From an uncultured delta proteobacterium (GTDB lineage: Bacteria > Myxococcota > Myxococcia > Myxococcales > Myxococcaceae): a stretch of DNA of 64,000 nt. The notes under the pieces were generated by a model. The model saw nothing but the letters and a program-made list of their open reading frames with translations, did not search any database and had not been told where the DNA came from. Numbering within the stretch: position 1 is the stretch's first letter; each line of letters starts with the position of its first letter. The DNA lies in assembly GCA_963796055.1 (NCBI GenBank), contig CAWCKH010000004.1, positions 2,080,001 through 2,144,000 on the forward strand. The letters run 5' to 3'. This document shows positions 48,214 through 57,991 of the stretch, piece after piece. A program made the translations under genes and the position numbers.

Positions 48214-49011
48214 GTGAAGATCCTGGTGACCGCCAAGCGGGTGGAAGACCCCGAGTCGAAGATCAAGGTGAAGGCCGATGGCTCGGGCATCGTGCAGGAG
48301 GGGTTGAAGTACAAGATCAATCCCTTCGACGAGATCGCGGTGGAGGAGGGCCTCCGCCTGGCAGCCAAGCACGGCGGCGAGGTGGTGGTGGTGAGCATCG
48401 GCCCCAAGGAGGTCCAGGAGCAGCTTCGGCACGCCCTGGCGATGGGCGCGACCAAGGCGGTCTGGGTCAACCACGCGGGGCCGCTCGACCCGATGTCCGC
48501 CGCCGCGCTGCTCAAGGGCGTCGTCGAGCGGGAGAAGCCGGACCTGGCCATCCTCGGCAAGCAGAGCATCGACGACGACCAGAACCAGACCGGGCAGTAC
48601 CTGGCCGAGTGGCTGGGCTGGAGCCAGGCCACCTTCGCCTCCAAGGCCGAGTCACTGGAGAGCGACGCCGAGAAGGCCAAGGCGCCCGCGATCCAGATCG
48701 CCGCCGACGGCAAGAGCGCCCAGGTCGTCCGCGAGGTCGACAACGGGCTGGCCACGCTCACCGTCAAGCTGCCGGCGGTGGTCACCACCGACCTGCGCCT
48801 CAACCTCCCGCGCTACGCCTCGCTCCCCGGGATCATGAAGGCCAAGAGCAAGCCGATCGAGGAGCTGACCGCTGCCGGGCTCGGCGTCGAGGCCAGCCCC
48901 CAGATCCAGGTGGTGAAGATGTCCGCTCCTCCGCCGCGCAAGGCCGGCATCAAGGTCGGCGACGTGCAGGAGCTGTTCACCAAGCTGAAGAACGAAGCCA
49001 AGGTCATCTGA
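48214..49011 (+). CDS. etfB: Electron transfer flavoprotein beta subunit
   Basis: INPFDEIAVEEG, ALAMGA, GKQSIDDD, LNLPRYASLPGIMKAK. Confidence 0.96.
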   Translation: MKILVTAKRVEDPESKIKVKADGSGIVQEGLKYKINPFDEIAVEEGLRLAAKHGGEVVVVSIGPKEVQEQLRHALAMGATKAVWVNHAGPLDPMSAAALLKGVVEREKPDLAILGKQSIDDDQNQTGQYLAEWLGWSQATFASKAESLESDAEKAKAPAIQIAADGKSAQVVREVDNGLATLTVKLPAVVTTDLRLNLPRYASLPGIMKAKSKPIEELTAAGLGVEASPQIQVVKMSAPPPRKAGIKVGDVQELFTKLKNEAKVI

Positions 49012-49025
49012 GGAACCCACGAGCC

Positions 49026-49997
49026 ATGTCCACCGTCCTCATCGTCGCCGAGGCCCAGCCCGACGGGCACCTGCGCAAGGCCACCCTCAACGCCATCGCC
49101 GCGGGGAAGGACCTGGCGCAGAAGACCGGGGCGCCGCTGCACCTCGCCGTGCTGGCCCCGGACCCGGCGGCGCTCGCCGAGCAGCTCAAGCCGTACGGTG
49201 CGGCGGTCATCCATACCGTCGCCTCGCCGGCGTTCGCCCACTACGTCGCCGAGTCGTTCGCCCCGGCCGTCGCCGCCCTGGCGAGCGCGGTCAGCGCGGA
49301 CTTCGTCGGGGCCGCGGCGACCGCCCAGGGACGTGACCTGGTTCCCCGCGTGGCGGCGAAGCTCAAGGCCGCGATGGCGTCCGACGTGACCGCCTTCTCC
49401 GGCTCGGGCGGCGAGGTGACGTTCACCCGGCCAATGTGGGCCGGAAGCGTCATCGCCGAGGTGAAGCTCAAGACGGCGGTGAAGGCCTTCACCGTCCGGG
49501 CCACCGAGTTTGCCGCTGCCGAGCCCGGAGGCACCCCGGCCGAGGTGAAGGCCTTCCAGCCTCCGGCCGACGTGGGGAGCTCCCCCACCCAGTTCGTTTC
49601 CTTCAACGAGGTGAAGAGCGCCCGGCCCGAGCTGACCGAGGCCAGCATCGTCGTCTCCGGGGGCCGCGGCACCAAGGGCGACTTCAAGGAGATCGAGGCG
49701 CTCGCCGACGAGCTCGGCGCCGCGGTGGGCGCCTCCCGCGCGGTGTGCGATGCGGGCTGGGTTCCCAACGACTATCAGGTCGGTCAGACCGGCAAGGTGG
49801 TCGCGCCGAAGCTCTACATCGCCGCGGGTATCTCGGGGGCCATCCAGCACCTCGCGGGGATGAAGGGCAGCAAGACCATCGTGGCCATCAACAAGGACCC
49901 CGAGGCGCCCATCTTCCAGGTTGCCGACTACGGAATCGTGGCCGACCTCTTCAAGGTCCTGCCCGAGCTCCGCGCGGCCATTCACGCGTCGAAGTGA
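49026..49997 (+). CDS. etfA: Electron transfer flavoprotein alpha subunit
   Basis: [35 protein letters not shown]. Confidence 0.96.
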   Translation: MSTVLIVAEAQPDGHLRKATLNAIAAGKDLAQKTGAPLHLAVLAPDPAALAEQLKPYGAAVIHTVASPAFAHYVAESFAPAVAALASAVSADFVGAAATAQGRDLVPRVAAKLKAAMASDVTAFSGSGGEVTFTRPMWAGSVIAEVKLKTAVKAFTVRATEFAAAEPGGTPAEVKAFQPPADVGSSPTQFVSFNEVKSARPELTEASIVVSGGRGTKGDFKEIEALADELGAAVGASRAVCDAGWVPNDYQVGQTGKVVAPKLYIAAGISGAIQHLAGMKGSKTIVAINKDPEAPIFQVADYGIVADLFKVLPELRAAIHASK

Positions 49998-51010
49998 CGA
50001 CCGCGCAGGAAGCCCCCGACGGTGCCCCGGTTCTCCGGGCCCTGGGCATCCACCGACTCTCGATGCCCGTTCCGTTCCCCGATGCGGGCGGGCCGGTCAA
50101 CGCCTACGCCATCGAGGACAGCCGCAGCCGGGTGCTCCTCTTCGACACCGGCATCGGCACGCCCGAGGGCATCGAGGCGCTGCACGTGGGTGCCCGCGCG
50201 ACGGGAATCGATCTGCGCCGCTGCACGCAGGTGGTGGTCAGCCATGGCCACGTCGACCACTGTGGCAACGCGCAGCTCCTCGCCGAGCTGAGCGGGGCAC
50301 CGGTGCGGATCCACCCCGGGGACATGGAGAAGGTGGTGGGCGAGGACGTCTGGGAGACCCGGGCCCCGACGTACACCGCGTTCCTTCGCCGGCAGGGCGT
50401 GCCGGAGGAGCAGCTGCCGCGGCTGGTGTCGATCGGGCGGCACAGCGGCAAGTACAGCCGGCGCGTCGACCCCGCTCGGGTCCGGCCGCTCACCGAGGGC
50501 GAGCACTTCCGCATCGGCAAGGTGCGACTCGAGGTGCTCCACCTGCCGGGCCACACGCCGGGACTGATCTGCCTCTGGGATGCGGAGCACCGGCTGCTCT
50601 TCGCCGACGACCATCTGCTCGCTCGCACCTCGCCGAATCCCTTTCTGGAGCTGGTCGACGCGCGTACGACCCGGCGCGCGCTGGTGCAGTACCTCCACAG
50701 CATCGCCCGGATTCGCTCGCTCGACGTGGAATGGGTGCTCCCGGGGCACGGCGCGCCATTCCAGGGTCACCGGGCGGCGATCGATTCGCTCCTGCGCTTC
50801 TACGTGCGGAGGCAGGAGAAGCTGCTCGACGTCCTCTCCACCGGTCCGCGCACCCCGGTCGAGCTGTCCGAGGCGCTCTTCGGGCCACAGGCGGGGGCGC
50901 GGCTGTACCTCACCCTCTCCGAGGTGGTGGGCAACCTCGAGGTGCTCGAGGCCGCTTCCCGGGTGCGGCATCTCGAGAGCGGGCCGGTCCACCGCTGGGC
51001 GATGATCTGA
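49994..51010 (+). CDS. MBL-fold metallo-hydrolase
   Basis: SHGHVDHCG, PGHTPG, DH, PGHG; GTGA overlap with etfA. Confidence 0.88.
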   Translation: MTTAQEAPDGAPVLRALGIHRLSMPVPFPDAGGPVNAYAIEDSRSRVLLFDTGIGTPEGIEALHVGARATGIDLRRCTQVVVSHGHVDHCGNAQLLAELSGAPVRIHPGDMEKVVGEDVWETRAPTYTAFLRRQGVPEEQLPRLVSIGRHSGKYSRRVDPARVRPLTEGEHFRIGKVRLEVLHLPGHTPGLICLWDAEHRLLFADDHLLARTSPNPFLELVDARTTRRALVQYLHSIARIRSLDVEWVLPGHGAPFQGHRAAIDSLLRFYVRRQEKLLDVLSTGPRTPVELSEALFGPQAGARLYLTLSEVVGNLEVLEAASRVRHLESGPVHRWAMI

Positions 51011-51076
51011 CCGCGGCTCGTCCGCGGCGCTGACCCAGTCGCCGCCCACGCGCTGGCGAGGGCGTACGGACCTCGC

Positions 51077-52156
51077 TCAGCCTGCGCCGTGGCAGGCGCG
51101 GGTCATCTCCTCGGGCCCCGAGTAGCGCGGAAGGGTCTCGCTCTCCGCACCCGGTGGGAGCCGCTTTGCCCCCGAACGCCTGGCGATGTCCCCCACCAGC
51201 CGCCAGTACGCTTCCTTCGGGGGCACCCCCGGATAGAGCCGGTCGAGTCCGAGATCCCCGAGGGTGACCCGGAGCACGGTGGCCCCGGTCTCTCCCTCGG
51301 CCCAGGCGATCACCAGATCGGTGAGCACCGTGCTGCGCCCGTCGGCCGCCGGCACGATGCCCAGCGCGAGTCCGAGGACCTTCCGGAACGAGAGCAGGTT
51401 GCTGGCGCCGGCACTCGACAGTCGCAGGCCTGAGTCCTCCACGGAGTCGATGCTCACCGGAACGATCCGCGGCGGCGGCACCGGGCGGGGCGCTCCGGGT
51501 CCGTCCTCGTGCAGCGCGGGGCGGAGCTCGATCTCCAGATGGGTGCTCTCGGGGGGCAGCTCGATGAACCTCGGAGCGTCGGGTGCGAACTTCTTGAGCA
51601 ACGCCGTCACCCGCTTCTGCAGCTCGGGCTCGCGCGCGGTGAGGTCGGCCGCGGCCGAGAGCGCGGCGACCTTCGGCTCCGGGTCGAGCTCGAGCAAGCG
51701 CACGCGGGCCTTGAGGCCGATCAGCCCGTCGGCGCGCACCGCGACCTCGTAGTAAGGGCGGGCGCCGGTCCCGTCGCCGTCGGCATCCAGCCGCTGTCCC
51801 ACGCGCCAGGCGAGCGGCGGACGCAGTGCCGGTGGCTCCGCGGCGGGCCCGAGCTCCTCGAGCGTCACCCGAAGCAGCTCGGTGGTGCCGGCGAGCGCCC
51901 GGGCGAGCACCTCGTCCACCAGAGCCAGCGCGCCGGGGTCACCGAGCAGGAAGGTCGCCCGCGCCAGGCCTGACTTCGCGTCGAGCTGCTCCGGTCGTTC
52001 GGCGACCACGCGGGAGAACGCATCCCGCGCCGCACGGGGATCGTCCTTGGACAGCGCTTCCTTTCCCACGAAGTAGTCCGGGTGCTGTGTCCAGTCGCCG
52101 GGGCGCTCGCGCGCGGGCGGGGTGATCGTCTTCAGGAAGTTCCGCAGCACGGGCAT
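51077..52156 (-). CDS. Hypothetical TPR-containing protein
   Basis: N-terminal TPR-like helices, Pro-rich linker, unrecognised C-terminal domain. Confidence 0.55.
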   Translation of the reverse strand: MPVLRNFLKTITPPARERPGDWTQHPDYFVGKEALSKDDPRAARDAFSRVVAERPEQLDAKSGLARATFLLGDPGALALVDEVLARALAGTTELLRVTLEELGPAAEPPALRPPLAWRVGQRLDADGDGTGARPYYEVAVRADGLIGLKARVRLLELDPEPKVAALSAAADLTAREPELQKRVTALLKKFAPDAPRFIELPPESTHLEIELRPALHEDGPGAPRPVPPPRIVPVSIDSVEDSGLRLSSAGASNLLSFRKVLGLALGIVPAADGRSTVLTDLVIAWAEGETGATVLRVTLGDLGLDRLYPGVPPKEAYWRLVGDIARRSGAKRLPPGAESETLPRYSGPEEMTRACHGAG

Positions 52157-52278
52157 TCGGGAACGGACCGGCGAGCCTTGGACAGGAGCGCGACGGCGCC
52201 GTTGTACGTTGAACATCGGCCGGGCGAAATCGATTCGTGCGCGATTTCTGGGAGGGTGCAGGCCGACCCCGGGTCCGG

Positions 52279-52863
52279 TCAGCAGCCTGCGCCTGTCGGG
52301 GGTGAACGTTCACAGGCCCGCCGCACCGCGGGCAGCAGGACCCGGCGGATGAGGAGGATGCCGGGGCTGAACATCCTCCAGTAGCGACGGAAGCGACGGC
52401 GCGCGTCCTCGTCGGTCCCCTGGGCGCGGGTCTCGGTACGGAGCACGGTGGTCCCGGCGCGGAGCGGATCGGGCTCGGCCTCGAGCGTCCAGGCGATCTT
52501 CACCAGTCCCGGCTCGGCGAAGGCCTCGAAGCGCTCCGCCGGCACGGGCGTGAAGCGCACGTTGGCTTCCCAAGGTCGGGTCACCGTCCAGAAGATCCGC
52601 TGCCGGCCCGGCTCGACGGCCAGGGTGCTCCAGCCGAGGGCGAGCAGCTGGTCGACGAGCCCGCGTGGCCGGTGCGGCGGCAGAGGCCGGGCACGCAGCA
52701 GCCAGCCGCGGATGCGGAACAGCGCGCGGACGAGTCCCAGCGACTCGAGGTCGAAGGACTCGGCCACCGCGAGAACGCGCTCCGGCGAGGCCCGGATCCG
52801 GATCCGGTGCACCGTCCGCTCGTCCGGCGCGGGCAGGAACCGATCGATGGGCTGTCCGGCCAC
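52279..52863 (-). CDS. Conserved hypothetical protein (DUF2867-like)
   Basis: FAEPGLVKIAW, LRTETR, RRFRRYW...LIRR pattern; abuts the acyl-CoA synthetase stop. Confidence 0.65.
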   Translation of the reverse strand: MAGQPIDRFLPAPDERTVHRIRIRASPERVLAVAESFDLESLGLVRALFRIRGWLLRARPLPPHRPRGLVDQLLALGWSTLAVEPGRQRIFWTVTRPWEANVRFTPVPAERFEAFAEPGLVKIAWTLEAEPDPLRAGTTVLRTETRAQGTDEDARRRFRRYWRMFSPGILLIRRVLLPAVRRACERSPPTGAGC

Positions 52864-54489
52864 TCAGCGCTTCTGCCGGAGCTCGACTCGGCGGATCTTT
52901 CCGCTCACCGTCTTGGGCAGCTCGGCGACGAAGGAGATCTCGCGCGGGTACTTGTACGGTGCGGTGGTGCGCTTCACGTGGTCCTGCAGCTCGGCGGCAA
53001 GCGTCTCCGATCCGACTGCGCTGGCCTTGAGGACGACGAAGGCCTTGATGCGCTGTCCGAGCTTCTCGTCCGGGACGCCCACCACCGCGGACTCGGCCAC
53101 CGCGGGGTGCTCGAGGAGGGCGGACTCGACCTCGAACGGCCCCACCCGGTACCCGGAGGTCTTGATGACGTCGTCGGCGCGTCCGACGAACCAGAGGTAG
53201 CCGTCCTCGTCGCGGACCGCGCGGTCGCCGGTGACGTAGAAGTCACCGCGGAATGACGCGGCGTTGGTGGCCTCGTCGCCCAGGTACCCGGCGAACATGC
53301 CCACCGGGCGCAGCGGCTTCACCCGGACCGCGATGTCTCCCTCCTGGCCCACGGCCACCTCGCGGCCCTCATGATCGATGACCCGCACGTCGAACCCGGG
53401 CGAGGGCTTGCCCATGGAGCCCGGCTTGAACGCCAGGCACTGAAACATGCCGACGATGGCCACCGTCTCGGTCTGGCCGTAGCCCTCGCGGATGGTGAGC
53501 CCGGTGGCGCGTCTCCAGGCCTCGATCACCTCGGGGTTCAGCGGCTCGCCCGCGCTCACCACGTGCCTGAGCGCGGGGAAGGACCAGGCTCTCAGGTCCT
53601 CGAGCACGATGGCGCGCCAGGCGGTGGGCGGGGCGCAGAAGGTGGTCACCTTCTCGCGGGAGAGCAGATCGAGGAGGGCCCGGGCCTCGAACCGGCCCCG
53701 GAAGTCGTAGACCACCGAGCACGCGCCCTGGCTCCAGGGGCCGAACACCTTTCCCCAGGCGCACTTGGCCCAGCCGGTGTCGGAGAGGGTGAAGTGGATG
53801 TCGTCGGGTCCGAGGTCGAGCCAGTACTTGCCGGTGATCGCGTGGCCGATGCCGTAGCTGGCGTGGGTGTGGGGGACCATCTTGGGCATGCCGGTGGTGC
53901 CGCTGGTGAAGTAGACGAGCGTCCGATCGTCGGCGGCGGTGTCGGGGAACTCGGCCGCCCGCGCGCCATCGACCGTCTGGGTCCGGAAGCGGACCCAGGG
54001 CACCGGGGCCTCGTCGGTGCACACCCAGGCGATGACGTCGGAGTGGGCGCCGACCTCGAACTTCGGCAGGTGCTCGGCGGTGGTGACCACGGCGCGGGCC
54101 CGGCCGAGCTCGAGGCGGTACCTCACGTCCTTGCCGGTGAGCATGGTGGTCCCGGGCATCAACACGAGATTTGCCCGCATGCAGCCCAGGGCGAGGATCC
54201 ACCACTCGGCGAGCCGGGGCAGCATGGTGAAGACGCCGTCCCCGGGCCGCAGGCCGAGGTCGCGGAGGTAGAGGGCGGCGTGGACCGAGCGCTCCGCCAG
54301 CTCGCGCCAGCTGTAGACCTTCCTGTTCCCGCGGTCGTCGCAGTGGAGCATCGCCGGGGCCTCGGGGCGCTCGCTGGCCCAGCGGTCCACCACGTCGATG
54401 GCGAAGTTGAAGCGTTCGGGGCGATCCCAGCGGAAGGCGGCGACCTCCGCGTCGTAGTCGCTCATGTTCCGCGCCAAACGCTCAGCCAT
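52864..54489 (-). CDS. Medium/short-chain acyl-CoA synthetase (ACSM-like)
   Basis: FNFA.DVVD, YFTSGTTGMPK, SDTGWAK, GYGQTE, GRADD, PYKYPR, KTVSGK. Confidence 0.92.
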   Translation of the reverse strand: MAERLARNMSDYDAEVAAFRWDRPERFNFAIDVVDRWASERPEAPAMLHCDDRGNRKVYSWRELAERSVHAALYLRDLGLRPGDGVFTMLPRLAEWWILALGCMRANLVLMPGTTMLTGKDVRYRLELGRARAVVTTAEHLPKFEVGAHSDVIAWVCTDEAPVPWVRFRTQTVDGARAAEFPDTAADDRTLVYFTSGTTGMPKMVPHTHASYGIGHAITGKYWLDLGPDDIHFTLSDTGWAKCAWGKVFGPWSQGACSVVYDFRGRFEARALLDLLSREKVTTFCAPPTAWRAIVLEDLRAWSFPALRHVVSAGEPLNPEVIEAWRRATGLTIREGYGQTETVAIVGMFQCLAFKPGSMGKPSPGFDVRVIDHEGREVAVGQEGDIAVRVKPLRPVGMFAGYLGDEATNAASFRGDFYVTGDRAVRDEDGYLWFVGRADDVIKTSGYRVGPFEVESALLEHPAVAESAVVGVPDEKLGQRIKAFVVLKASAVGSETLAAELQDHVKRTTAPYKYPREISFVAELPKTVSGKIRRVELRQKR

Positions 54490-54536
54490 GGCCACCACCT
54501 CCGGTCGATCCCACGCTTTACCAGCTTGATCCAGGG

Positions 54537-55676
54537 ATGGGGACCGGCGAGAAGCACCCCTCCGCCGTGACTGCCACCACTTCACGTCCTCGCCTGGACG
54601 GCGCGGACCTCGTCTTTCTGGTCCTGCTGGTCTTCGTCCCGGCGACCGTGGTGGCTGCCTGGTTGCACGGCGGCACGTGGGTGTTCGTCCTGGCGGCGCT
54701 GGCCCTGGTTCCCCTGGCCCGGTGGATCGGCACCGCGACCGAGGCGGTGGCCCGTCACCTCGGTCCCGGGCTCGGCGGGCTCCTGAACGCGACGTTCGGG
54801 AACGCCGCGGAGCTCATCGTGGGCATCGCCGCGCTCCGGGCCGGGCAGACGGCGGTGGTGAAGGCCTCCATCACCGGGAGCATCCTGGGGAATCTCCTGC
54901 TGGTCTTCGGGGCGACGATCCTCGCTGCCGGCCTCAAGGAGCCGCGGCCGAAGTTCAACGCCACCGCCGCGCTCTCCAGCTCTGCGCTCATGTACCTGGC
55001 GATGGTGGGGCTGGTGGTGCCGGACCTCTTTCACGCCACGCTCGGCGCGACGGTGACGGATCTCATGCGTCCGTTGTCGATGCTGGTCTCGATCATCCTG
55101 GTGGTGCTGTACGGCCTGAGCCTGCTGTTCTCGCTCCGGACCCACCAGCAGCTGTTCGAGGGGGCCGACCCGGTGGAGGCCGAGCTCGAGTCCGAGGAGG
55201 CCGTCCCCCCGGGTCCGTGGTCGCTCGGTCTCGGCATCACCGTGCTGCTGGTCGCCACCGCCGCCACGGTCGTGGTGTCAGAGCTGCTGGTCGGCTCGCT
55301 GGAGACGGTCATCGAGGGCTGGGGACTCACACCGACCTTCGTCGGGGTGATCATCATCGCGGTGGTGGGCAACGCCGCCGAGCACAGCACCGCGGTGCTG
55401 ATGGCCCTGGACCGGAAGCTCGAGGTGGGCATGGCCATCTGCTTCGAGAGCAGCAAGCAGATCGCCTTGCTGGTGGCGCCGCTGCTGGTCTTCGTCTCCG
55501 GGCCGCTCGGCCACCCGATCACCCTCGAGTTCGGCCACCTCGAGGTGCTGTCGCTGGCGCTGGCCGTCGGCGCCACCGCGCTGGTGACCGTCGATGGCGA
55601 GACGCACTGGCTCGAGGGGGCGATGCTGCTCGGCGTCTACGCCATCCTGGCCCTGGTCTTCTTCTTCGTCCCGTGA
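54537..55676 (+). CDS. chaA: Ca2+/H+ antiporter (CAX/ChaA)
   Basis: LNATFGNAAE, GSILGNLLL, LRTH, VGNAAEH, DGETHWLEG. Confidence 0.9.
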   Translation: MGTGEKHPSAVTATTSRPRLDGADLVFLVLLVFVPATVVAAWLHGGTWVFVLAALALVPLARWIGTATEAVARHLGPGLGGLLNATFGNAAELIVGIAALRAGQTAVVKASITGSILGNLLLVFGATILAAGLKEPRPKFNATAALSSSALMYLAMVGLVVPDLFHATLGATVTDLMRPLSMLVSIILVVLYGLSLLFSLRTHQQLFEGADPVEAELESEEAVPPGPWSLGLGITVLLVATAATVVVSELLVGSLETVIEGWGLTPTFVGVIIIAVVGNAAEHSTAVLMALDRKLEVGMAICFESSKQIALLVAPLLVFVSGPLGHPITLEFGHLEVLSLALAVGATALVTVDGETHWLEGAMLLGVYAILALVFFFVP

Positions 55677-56566
55677 ACGGGCGCGCGGACAGGGCGGCCC
55701 TCGCCGACGGCGTGCTGGTGGTGGTGACCGCCATCTGGGGGGCCAGCTTCGTCGTGGTGCAGGACGCGGTGCGACTGGCCGACCCGTTCACCTTCCTGGT
55801 GCTCCGGTTCACGCTGGGCGCGGCGGTGCTCACGGTCGTGGGCTGGCGCGGGCTCGGCGACCGGCGGCTACTGCGGGCGGGTGCAGGGCTGGGGGCGCTT
55901 CTCTTCCTGGGGTTCATCACCCAGACCGCGGGGCTTCAGTTCACCACCCCGTCGCGGAGCGGGTTCCTCACCGGTCTGTCGGTGCTGCTGGTGCCCTTCG
56001 TGGGCCTGGTCCTGTTCCGCAAGTGGCCCAGCCCCCCGGTGCTGCTGGGGGTAGCGCTCGCGGTCGCCGGGCTCTGGTTCCTCACCGGCGGGATGTCGGC
56101 GAGCGGCGGCGCGACGGCGAAGGGCGACCTTCTCACCATCGCCTGCGCGGTCGTCTTCGCCTTCTACATCGTGCTGCTCGAGCCGGCAGCGCGCGTGCAC
56201 CGCCCGACGCCGCTGGTCGCCGTCCAGCTATGGATGGTCGCGCTCCTGGCTCTGGTCGCGCTGCCGTTCGCGCCCCGGCACCTCGCCGCAACGCCCGCGC
56301 TGGGGTGGGCGGTGCTGTACACGGGGCTGCTGAGCACGGTCGTCTGCCTGCTTGCTCAGACCTGGGCGCAGGCCCGGACCTCGGCGGTGCGGGCGGCGCT
56401 GATCTTCGCCCTCGAGCCGGTGTTCGCGGCCCTCTGGTCGGTGATGGTGGGGCGGGAGCGCCTCGGCAGCCGGGAGCTGATGGGCGGGACGCTCATCGTC
56501 CTGGGCATCGTGGCCGCCGAGCTCGGAGGGGCGCTGTGGGCGCGCCGGAGGGCCGTGGTCTCCTGA
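55673..56566 (+). CDS. EamA/DMT family transporter
   Basis: IWGASF, QTAGLQFTT, GDLLT, ALEPVFAA; GTGA overlap. Confidence 0.88.
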   Translation: MNGRADRAALADGVLVVVTAIWGASFVVVQDAVRLADPFTFLVLRFTLGAAVLTVVGWRGLGDRRLLRAGAGLGALLFLGFITQTAGLQFTTPSRSGFLTGLSVLLVPFVGLVLFRKWPSPPVLLGVALAVAGLWFLTGGMSASGGATAKGDLLTIACAVVFAFYIVLLEPAARVHRPTPLVAVQLWMVALLALVALPFAPRHLAATPALGWAVLYTGLLSTVVCLLAQTWAQARTSAVRAALIFALEPVFAALWSVMVGRERLGSRELMGGTLIVLGIVAAELGGALWARRRAVVS

Positions 56567-56720
56567 GGCGCGGAGGCTGTCAGCACCGCGCGGTATGAGT
56601 CGCTCCATTGGCGGGGCGACCTGGCCGCCGGGCCTTCGACCGATGAGCGACGAGCGTCTGACTCTCTCCCTCGCAGTCGAGCCGGGCTCGGCGTTTCGGC
56701 GCTAGAGTCCGCCCCACGTC

Positions 56721-57698
56721 ATGCCTGTCGAGCTGAGGCGCGGAGGTCTCCACCTGTCGGGCACGGCGCTCTGGCTGGATGCACACCGCAAGGCGCCGCT
56801 GGCCTTCGTGAGTCATGCACACGCGGACCACATCGCCCGGCACGAGCGGGTCATCGCCACGCGGGCGACGCTCCGGCTGATGTCGCACCGGCTCGGCGCG
56901 CTGCCCTCGTGTCTGCCGGTCCCGTACAACCGACCGTTCGAGCTCGGCCCGCTCTGCCTGGAGCTGCTCCCGGCGGGGCACATCCTCGGCTCGGCGCAGC
57001 TGCGCGTCATCCGCTCCGACGGCACGCGCGTCACGTACACCGGCGACCTGAATCTCGAGGCGTCCTCCACGGCCGAGCCGGCGCAGGTGGCCGAGTGCGA
57101 CACGCTGGTCCTGGAGTCGACCTTCGGGCATCCCCGGTACCGGTTCCCCCCGAAGGCAGAGGTGCTGGGGGCGATCGAGGCCTTCGCGTGCAGCACGCTC
57201 GAGCGCGGGGCGACGCCGGTGCTCCTGGGGTACAGCCTGGGGAAGAGCCAGGAGGTCATCGGGGCCCTGACCTCACGCGGCCACAGCGTGGTGGCGCACG
57301 CCTCGGTCTGTGCGGTGGCCGAGGTGTACCGCTCGCTCGGGGTCGAGGTCGGGACAGTGCGGCGGTTCGACGGAACCTGGCTCCCCGGCGAGGTGGGAGT
57401 GTTCCCGCCACACGTCTGGAAGTTCGAGCGGCTGCTGCGGCCGTGGCCCCGGCGCACCGCGGTGCTCACCGGGTGGGCGGTCGACCCGGGAACGGCAAGG
57501 CGCTACGGGGCGGACGAGGCCTTCCCGCTCTCGGACCACGCCGACTTCGAGGGGCTGCTCTCCTACGCAAAGTCGACCGGCGCGTCCGAGGTGCTGACCC
57601 ACCACGGATTTGCGCAGGAGCTGGCAAGGGCCTTGCGGGACCGCGGCATCGACGCCCGGCCGCTCGGAACGGTGCGGCAGCTCGATCTGTTCGGCTGA
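56721..57698 (+). CDS. Beta-CASP/MBL nuclease (ligase-associated exonuclease-like)
   Basis: SHAHADH, AGHILGS, YTGD, ESTFG, YSLGKSQE, TGW, LSDHADF. Confidence 0.85.
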   Translation: MPVELRRGGLHLSGTALWLDAHRKAPLAFVSHAHADHIARHERVIATRATLRLMSHRLGALPSCLPVPYNRPFELGPLCLELLPAGHILGSAQLRVIRSDGTRVTYTGDLNLEASSTAEPAQVAECDTLVLESTFGHPRYRFPPKAEVLGAIEAFACSTLERGATPVLLGYSLGKSQEVIGALTSRGHSVVAHASVCAVAEVYRSLGVEVGTVRRFDGTWLPGEVGVFPPHVWKFERLLRPWPRRTAVLTGWAVDPGTARRYGADEAFPLSDHADFEGLLSYAKSTGASEVLTHHGFAQELARALRDRGIDARPLGTVRQLDLFG

Positions 57699-57872
57699 GG
57701 CGCGAGGCCGACCGGTTGCGCCGCTGCAGATGGGGACGCGGCCATCCGGGGGTGGCTGGCGCGATGCTCGACCCGGACGGCCTGCGTGGTTCCCGGGCGC
57801 TCCGAGGATCCGGACGGGCCCATCTCGTGACAGAGCGGGAAAGCCCGTTCACGCGCGCACCTCGGATCGTGG

Positions 57873-57900
57873 GATTGCACGTCACGTCCCCGAACGATCT
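57873..57900. repeat. Second copy of the dispersed REP-like repeat
   Basis: 23/28 identity to 21767-21794; lies between convergent genes. Confidence 0.55.
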
Positions 57901-57991
57901 GTCCCCTGGGCGGGGGGTCCACGCAACCGGGGTCGAGCAGCCGCACCGCCGCCCGCCACCCTCGGCCCGAGGGCGTTCCCGTCTGAGGGGT

